Source of the DNA: Catajapyx aquilonaris
Taxonomy: Eukaryota
DNA: 46,462 bases
Direction of reading: 5' to 3'
Assembly: GCA_000934665.2 (NCBI GenBank)
Contig: JYFJ02003098.1
Span: 1-46,462 of the forward strand
Position numbers and translations under genes: made by a program. This document shows positions 38,553 through 46,462 of the stretch, in pieces (positions within the stretch are counted from its first letter, which is position 1; each line of letters starts with the position of its first letter). The notes under the pieces were generated by a model. The model saw only the letters and a program-made list of their open reading frames with translations. It ran no database searches and was not told the origin of the DNA.

Positions 38553-40901
38553 TAGAAGCCTGTTACATGTAACTGCAGGATGCAAATACAACCTAGCTGG
38601 AACCCAATTCCATATATCCTTTATGGTGAGAATATATTGCACCGCATCTTGTTATAACATACTTAACAGCATGCACTTTCATTATCTGTATTAGTTAGAG
38701 CAGTCTGCTGAATACAGTCAGTTCCGGCTGCAGCTTGACGAGTTAAGTGTGGTTAAAGTGCCACCACGAAACTAAAAATTATAATGAAATTATTCGCTAA
38801 TGGAAATAAGCCTTATTTTTTGGTTAGATAGGCGGATATTTTTGGCTTTCCCTAAGTCCACATGATGGACTGTGATGAAAGGCTCACGAAAACATTCGGA
38901 GTTGGAATTGGATCTCATTACCAACAGTGATGAGTGTAAAAAATGATGATGAGGTATTGGCTGCTCTCCAACAAGTCATGCTGATCAAATTGAAGTGCTG
39001 CGCAAGTTTTAAATAGGTAAGACCTGAAAGAGAGAGAGAAAAAAACAGGAAACATTAACCTACATTTGGGTTGGTAAAGTGAGTATCTCGGAGTATCGGA
39101 TTTTTGCGTGACATCATTTACGCATATTTGCTGACCACTTTGGATTTAAATATATTTTGTTGTTAACGTTGTATGACTGGGCCACTGTTATTTTAAAATA
39201 AACACACAACTATCTTTTATCTGCACATCGTTTATTTTATTACATTTTGCCAATATGCCTATATTTGGGACTTAATTTCCATAACAACTTGAAAATGCAT
39301 GTTACATGAAGATGCGTTGAGGTCAAAGCCTTGGTCAAAGCCTTTTCGCGTACTCGTACTTCTGCAACCCTGGAAAATTAACGTTGTTAAGAGTTTCTGT
39401 GGCTCTATCTAAAAGTTAGGTGCGACACCTTTGAGAAGACGAGACACACTCTCTGCTCGCTCGCCATCTCTTCTTCCCAAAAAATTCTTGTCTCTACAAG
39501 ACTGGTAATCCGATTGACGAAGGTCACACTCGGCCCTGAGAGAGCGAAGAATTCTCAATCCATTTCTCATTGAGGCAGCGAATTGCCACTTCTTGTAGGC
39601 TTGATAGCTGCTCTTGTTCCTGGGCGTGCAGCTCGACAGATTGCTCCGGCGGTAGCCTTCCAAATATCTCCCCAATCATCTTCCAGCTTTCCTTCTCTCC
39701 AAGTGGAGAAGGAGAGGGAGCCAGCAAGCATTCTCCCTGCTAGATTTATGTACAGTCCGGCTGGTCATTGCCTTTTGAACTTATCGCTGCCAGAATCTGT
39801 AATGGGGGGGGGGGGGGGACNACTCGTTTCGACGTGAACTTGGAAATGTGCATGGTATTGGTGGAGTTGTTCTGTGCTTTTCTTCGTAAAACCAGTGTTG
39901 CCTTTATTGAATAGCTCGTAAATAAATATGCGGCATATGCAGCATATGTATGCAGTTCTACCCTGTCTCTGATATAGTGATATCAGGAAATATCTCACTC
40001 GCGATTTCAACAAAATGGCAATAGATTACGAAACATTAATTCATAACTGTGTGTAGAAGTGCATTACCGAGAGGTCCGAGACGGAAAAATGGTGATTCAC
40101 TGAAATCAGAATTTGCTAATTCATTATTATTATCAATTTATCATGAGCCATATTTTAAAATATTTCGCTGAGTATGAGTATTGTACAGGTAAGTATTTAA
40201 AAATATCCTTAACCATTTATCTACAAGCACTGTACAAGCTATAAATTTATATTTGTCGTGAATATTTATGCACGTACTGTACATGTAAATGATCATGATA
40301 CTTTAAGGGCTACATTAGGGTAAAATTTTGAAGCCTTTTAATTTCTATAAATATTTCTTAAAAAGCATAAATTACATGGCTGTAATGAAACTTGGCAGAG
40401 CACAAAAATGTGCATTACAAAAGACCACTTACACATAGTGGATTAATTTTGTCTCTTTTTAAAATACGCTCATAAGCTTGCTTTTTGTTCATTATGACTG
40501 CTGCTAATGCCACTGACAGGATATTCGACTTCACAAAAAACCGTTAATACGGACGGATCAAAAGTTATGCTATTATTTTGAACGGGTCCCTCCCTGATTA
40601 GCTTATTTGAGAAGAGAATCCCACAGATAAATGCATTCAATAAAAGCGTGAGGTTGTCAGCTCCAATAACGTGTCATTAATGCCAGACCAATAAAATTAT
40701 ATTCCTTTGTTTCGTTAAGGTAAATGAAACGGATATCAACAGTGCATGATTTTTTTGATATTGTCAAATATAGCCAGAAAAATGTATTGTGAATCCCCAA
40801 TCTGACAAACTGACCTATAGATAACTCTCTTGTCTTTCTGATGCGCAGGATTTGCAAGGAACTCGCAAAAGGATTGTAGAATATTCACATGAAGTAATCC
40901 G

Positions 40902-41138
40902 GGCTGTACTTGCTCTTACTGGCGTGCGGGAGGCGGGAGGGTAGTAGTCGGTGGGGGCAGCGGGCTGTGTCGCTAAGATAGGTCTGTATCCGCAAGGAAG
41001 GAAGGTTAGGTTAGGTTAGGTTAGGTTGGTACAGCATATCCCTTCTAAAACCCCAAATATCAATCTGCCTTTGCCACATAGCCAAGCTGCCCCCAGCCAC
41101 CACTCCCCCTGCCGCGTCCCGCACGCCAGTAAGGATCC
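40902..41138. mobile_element. MITE with 8-bp TSD and an internal (GGTTA)n tract
   Basis: GTAATCCG at 40894-40901 and 41139-41146. Inverted arms CTTACTGGCGTGCGGGA..GGGGGCAGC / GCTGCCCCC..TCCCGCACGCCAGTAAG; GG...CC ends. Confidence 0.7.
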
Positions 41139-42880
41139 GTAATCCGATTGTAGAGAGGTAGCAAAAAGTTTACATGATGGTGGAAATGGAAATTTATGAA
41201 ATTTTTATTATTTCCTGGATGCCCCGTGATTAGCCATGTGATATGATAGCACTCCTCACACTGGCGTGGGTGTGAGTGTGTACACTGGACGTACACTACA
41301 CTTCAGAGTGTTTGAAGTTTTGCCTCACTTCGCTACAAAAAATACGTCGGAAAGAAGTCAAAGATTGCTATCATGGGCTATATCCTTGAACTTGTTCGAA
41401 AGCCGATTCCACGCCGGTAACTTAATCCGGAAAGGAAATTTGTTGGATATATCCTTCCGCCTCTTATCGCTCCTTTTTTCATTCTCCTTTTCCTCTTCCT
41501 CCTCCTTATTCTTCTTCGAGGTTTAGTGGAGGTTTTTTGAATGGTCCCTTACGGAGTGATGTTCTGATTGCTCCAAGACTATCTGGCAACTGAATTAGCG
41601 TCTCTATTTTCGTGTGACATCTTCAATAAATCGTCAAATGCAGAACAATTCTTTAGTCTGGGTGTTGTAAAATAAATTCAGAGCTTACACCTGTCAGAGA
41701 TTCTGTCCCAAATGTTCTCCACGTACATAATTATTTGGTACCATTTTATACATACTGGTATCTTACAGTATTTATATTGTTAAATTAATGCAATTATCGG
41801 CGTTTATTAACACATCATCATCGGAGAAATTGAGATGTACCCTCGCGAGCATAAAGATGGAGACGACAGGCCCTTTTTTGACCTTTCTTTATCCGACTCA
41901 AATTAATGAACTCTTTTTGGACCGAGTTAGCTGCTTCAGGTTTGTGTTCGTGTATTTATGTCAGTATATTTGATACCGTAATAGCTGAGATTGGCAGAGC
42001 AGCCTGCCGAAGGTGAGGGCTTGCCGTCTCCATCTTTATGCTCGCGGGTGGTACCTAATGTACACAACTTAACACTTAAGGAAAACACATGGATATGACA
42101 CTGCATTTGTGGTGTAGCTGGGAGCCTGAAACTGATGAGATTGGAACAGGGCGTCGGAGCGGCGGCGCGGCGCGGCGGTGCGGTGGGTGTTTGATATCGT
42201 ATTTTCCGCAAATACTTAACTGTGATTTTTGACTGGCACTATTGCAGGCATCCTTATCCAGCAGTTCTGTGTGTGAGCCCCCCATGGCTGCAGCACACAG
42301 CTGGAGATTTGCCCTCTCTCAGCACCATGGGGTGTGAAGAAAGAGTGCAAGAGTTCCTCAAACAGGCTACTGTAGATAATGTTAGTGAAGTGTCATCTTC
42401 GCCTACCAAAGGAGTCGGAAACGGCGACCAAGAAGAGGAACAAGCGGTTATTGCTGAAGCAGACGTAACCAAGACCTAACCTTATACAATTTTCATGCTG
42501 CATCTATTCTAATTGAGTGGCATTCCTGTAGATCAGTGCAATGAATTTTCAGACATGAGCCAGGTTTCATTCCTGGTAGGTATGTTTCTTTTCCTGAACC
42601 AAGAAGCTCTTTAAGCTTGTTATTTTCCCCTAAATACGCCACTGCTTTTAGTGACCCCATTTACCACTCATATTTCTGCTACAGGAGTCTGCTGTAGTAT
42701 CTGAACGTGAATAAAGCGCGCTAAACTTCCAGCTTTGCCTGTGTTTAGTGTACCTGTATTTTATAATATTGTTATGACGTGTTAATGCAATCACTGAATC
42801 CTATAACCGCCACTTGCAGGTCTGTAGAATATTGACTCGTTTGTAACCCATGCATTTATTAAATAATTCATTTTAAATTA

Positions 42881-45189
42881 TGGAAGAAGTGGCGGGGAAA
42901 ACTGGACTGAAAAGCTGGGAAAATAATAGTTTATTCTGATAACACCACCGTATAATGAATATGCCTTTTTTACTTAATATAACTGAAACATACAAATTAC
43001 CACATTATTTTACTTAACACACTAATAAGGCTGGTGATTGTTGTATTGTATAAATTCCCGTAGAAAAACTACAAGGATATATTATGAGAATTTATTTGAG
43101 AAATGACACTACATTGAGATTAATATTCTTTTGTGGCGCCCTTTCTTTACAATAAGTACATGTGAGAGAGAGCGTGAGTATCGAGGTAGTACAGTGGTCT
43201 AAGGGTTAAGACGCTCTCGTAACCTGAAGGTTGAAGGATCGAATCGAGGGAGGAAAGAGTGGGAGGGGAGAAAAATTTTTTGGAAATTTTTAAGACACCT
43301 GCCTAATGGGAGGGGGTGGTCACTTTTTTCGAAGAAAAAAGTCGAAAAAATAAAAAGTCAATTAAATGATCAAGTGGCTTCGCTTGTGTTGTCCATCCCG
43401 GCAGCCCCCACCCTACGCACCCCATAGTCCCTACATTTGTCTTATACCAGGGAGTTCCATTCTCAAACCTATCACCCCCCAAAAATTTGCTCCCAGAAAT
43501 TTAACTATAGTTCCAATAAAATCACCAGCACATGCAAATGATTCGGCACAATTTTTAGGGCATTTTCAATGGTTTGTTGCCGGCTGACCTTTGACCTGAA
43601 AAGCCCTAGTATTAGGCTTTTGGTCTGTTGCCAGGCCCTTCCTCGGTCTCCATCTGTCGGAGCTTTCGTAATGAGACTGTACAGAGCACAGTACTTAGAT
43701 ATACAGTAGCTATATCTCTCGATGTGAGGTAGTATTCCCCTAGCCAAACGTAGTGGCAGGTATCATTATGTATGAATGTGACGTAGGCGAGTGGTCACCT
43801 CCTTGGCGTCATCAGGACGGACATGCGGCATCACTGTTTCGTGGAATATATTGCTCTATGGATTATTAAAACAATAAATTCCAACCCGCTTCTGCTGTGC
43901 GTGGAGATGCGCATATCGTCGATGCGGTTTTAGATAGGCAAATTTTGGTGTAGGCTTGGTCGCCTTCCTGTCTCTTAGACCTTACATATTCCCCCCTTTC
44001 CACCCCCGCCCCGCTACCCACAAGGACAGGCGGACTGCTACATTTGGCTAGTAGGCTAGGGGCATACTACCTCACATCGAGAGATATACTGTATAATTAT
44101 CTAAGTACTGTGCTCTGTACAGTCTCATTACGAAAGCTCCGACAGATGGAGACCGAGGAAGGGCCTGGCAACAGACCAAAAACCTAATACTAGGGCCTTT
44201 CAGGTCAAAGGTCAGCCGGCAACAAACCATTGAAAATGCCCTAAAAATTGTGCCGAATCATTTGCATGTGCTGGTGATTTTATTGGAACTATAGTTAAAT
44301 TTCTGGGAGCAAATTTTTGGGGGGTGATAGGTTTGAGAATGGAACTCCCTGGTATAAGACAAATGTAGGGACTATGGGGTGCGTAGGGTGGGGGCTGCCG
44401 GGATGGACAACACAAGCGAAGCCACTTGATCATTTAATTGACTTCCTATTTTTTGACTTTTTTCTTCGAAAAAAGTGACCACCCCCTCCCATTAGGCAGG
44501 TGTCTTAAAAATTTCCACAATTTTTTTCTCCCCTCCCCCTCTTTCCTCCCTCTCTCCACCCCTCCCCACCCCCTCTTCGCTGCTCCTCCTCCCCCTCTGA
44601 AGAAGTGTTGGGGAAACTGCGAAGGAACAGTCGCCATCTTGCCCAGAGATGTCTGCTGCAAAAAAAAATTTCTGACTCTCAACCGTGGAGACACGGGATT
44701 TGAACCCACATCTCCCGATTGAGAGTCTGATGCGTTACCACACAGCCATGCTATGCTGCAACGAGAGTGTGAGTGTTGGAAGGGTCTAGCCTATTTACCA
44801 GATGCACGTCAAAGAGAAATAAATGTGAAATGAGAGATGAAGTAACAGCGGGAAAGGTTCATAGCGATAAAAAGAAACGACGGCTTCCTTTCAGGATTCG
44901 ATCCTTCAACCTTCAGGTTACGAAGAGAGAGTCTTAACCACTAGACCACTGCGCTACTTCGATACTGACACTCTCTCCAGCATGTACTTATTGTAAAGAA
45001 AGGGGGCCACAAAATTCAACAATCACTTGATTTGGGTAACATTTTTTAGCCTTATTAGTGTGTTAAGTAAAAGAATGTGATAATTTGTGTTTCAGTTATA
45101 TTAAGTAAAAAAGGCACATTCATTATACAGTATGTTATCTGAAACCATTATTTTCGCGGCTTTTCCAGTATTCCCCGCCACTTCTTCCA
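42881..45189. mobile_element. Large foldback element / inverted duplication
   Basis: Left arm ~42881-43745 is the reverse complement of the right arm ~44055-45189, which has extra sequence at ~44560-44880. Identical 73-aa ORFs at 43366-43587(+) and 44212-44433(-). Spacer about 310 bp; no TSD seen. Confidence 0.9.
44620..44752 (-). mobile_element. tRNA-derived SINE fragment in the right foldback arm
   Basis: Minus strand AGCATGGCTGTGTGGTAACGC...GGGTTCAAATCCCG (A and B boxes). Confidence 0.65.
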
Positions 45190-45307
45190 CCCTTTTCTCC
45201 CAGTCTGACATCTTTTCTCCAACTGAACCTGCGTTACTGAGCTAGTCAGGGTGTGACCCGAGGTCAGGGGTCACACAATGTATTGTACCAGATTGTACTG
45301 TATTGTC

Positions 45308-45443
45308 TGACCAGAAGCTAAAGAGATCTGGTGGTTTTTTCCCATCACCCCAAAATCCCCCACCGCCACCCCACCCCATCGAAAATGCCCCACTCAAAAT
45401 ACATTTTCAAGGGGTGTTGGGAGCTCTCTTTAGCTTCTGGTCA
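45308..45443. repeat. Short inverted repeat (possible MITE core)
   Basis: TGACCAGAAGCTAAAGAGA / TCTCTTTAGCTTCTGGTCA, plus inner CACCCC..GAAAATG / CATTTTC..GGGGTG. Confidence 0.65.
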
Positions 45444-45953
45444 ATATAAAGCATATACGATATACCTACCAGCTGTGTCCTTCTTTCTGAAGATTTGGAA
45501 ATGGCCACCCTATACCTGCTACAGAAGCCCTAAAAAGGGACATGTCCACTAAAAGAAAATAAGGGGGTTTTTGGTCCCTCTCCAGGAAGATGGAGAGGGG
45601 GCGTGGCCTCTACCCGAGCGTTTTTGGTAGTTGGAGAGGGGGGAAAAGGGGGGTGAAGTGGGCGGAGCTCTCCACAAATTCCCAAAAAGTGTCTTCTCTC
45701 CTCGGAGGTGGAAGAGACTTTCTGGAGAGGGATGTGGAGCGGAGGGAGGGCGGGAAGCGGGTGAAGGTTTAAGAATTAAACCTCACCAAGGAATTGGTTG
45801 CAGAATTAAACCTCCTTGGGCCCAGGCTGGAGCCGCATGTAAAAACCATGTATCTCTGATTTTGCCATTTTGAGATATTGCGCTTCAAAGTTTAGTGATC
45901 TGCCATTTCCTTAGGCATACGCCATACCTGACAATTTTTTTTTACTAAATGTA

Positions 45954-46269
45954 ATAATTAATAATAATAATAATAATTTGATACCCCATTATCAGCCTAC
46001 GGGCTTTCCTAGGGGGGGATTTCTCCCAATTTTTTTGTCTGGAACTCTTCCATTTTTTTTACTATTTTTCTCATCACCGGAATGAAGCAGGGAAAGGGTA
46101 GGAAGGAGGCGGCTGTGGCCTATATTACGGTAACGACCCCGGAATTATCCTGCAAGGACCATGGGAAACCACAGAAAACCATGGTCAGGGTCGCCGGCCT
46201 CCGGGATTCGAACCCAGGACCTCCCGATTAGCAGTCGGACACCATACCACTACACCACTACTGCTTCGG
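45954..46269 (-). mobile_element. Full-length tRNA-derived SINE with TSD
   Basis: A box TGGTGTAGTGG, B box GGTTCGAATCC, (TTA)n tail, and a perfect 19-bp TSD TTTTTTTTTACTAAATGTA (45935-45953 / 46270-46288). Confidence 0.92.
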
Positions 46270-46462
46270 TTTTTTTTTACTAAATGTACCATATCAGTAG
46301 GACTCTTTGAACATATAACATGTAATATCATTCACCTAGTTAAATTCACATTAAATGAAATCAAGTTACATGGTTACATTGGCACAAGTAAAAACCACGC
46401 AACTATATATACAGACTTTAATTGAAACTGTGATATTTTGTTAAAACAATGTAACTCTACTT

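Noticed and set aside
39409..39760. Overlapping minus-strand ORFs with coding-like composition
   Set aside because: No recognisable family; may be a decayed repeat.
43183..43246. Functional tRNA genes here and at 2895-2967, 16675-16745, 37781-37860, 44690-44752 and 46200-46269
   Set aside because: They are embedded in repeats and I could not fold a convincing full cloverleaf; treated as SINE-type heads.
43366..44433. Two identical 73-aa ORFs as a duplicated gene
   Set aside because: They are a by-product of the inverted repeat, with no recognisable domain.

Overview
Repeat-rich eukaryotic genomic DNA, probably arthropod (inferred from a divergent ionotropic receptor, tRNA-derived SINEs and TTAGG-like tracts). 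Most of the window is decayed transposons: Gypsy pol remnants, an R2/NeSL-like non-LTR remnant, hAT and pogo remnants, many MITEs and SINEs, and a 2.3-kb foldback. The main structure is at 26216-38362. Two directly oriented P-superfamily elements with 34-bp TIRs flank about 4.6 kb of cargo. One element has a frameshifted THAP/P transposase and the other is a short non-autonomous derivative. The cargo is an intronless ionotropic receptor pseudogene and a spliced two-HMG-box gene with an acidic tail. An 8-bp TSD (GCTGTTCC/GCTGCTCC) is seen only at the two outermost ends, which suggests the whole 12.1-kb unit inserted as a composite transposon. All calls come from reading the sequence by eye; no database searches were run.
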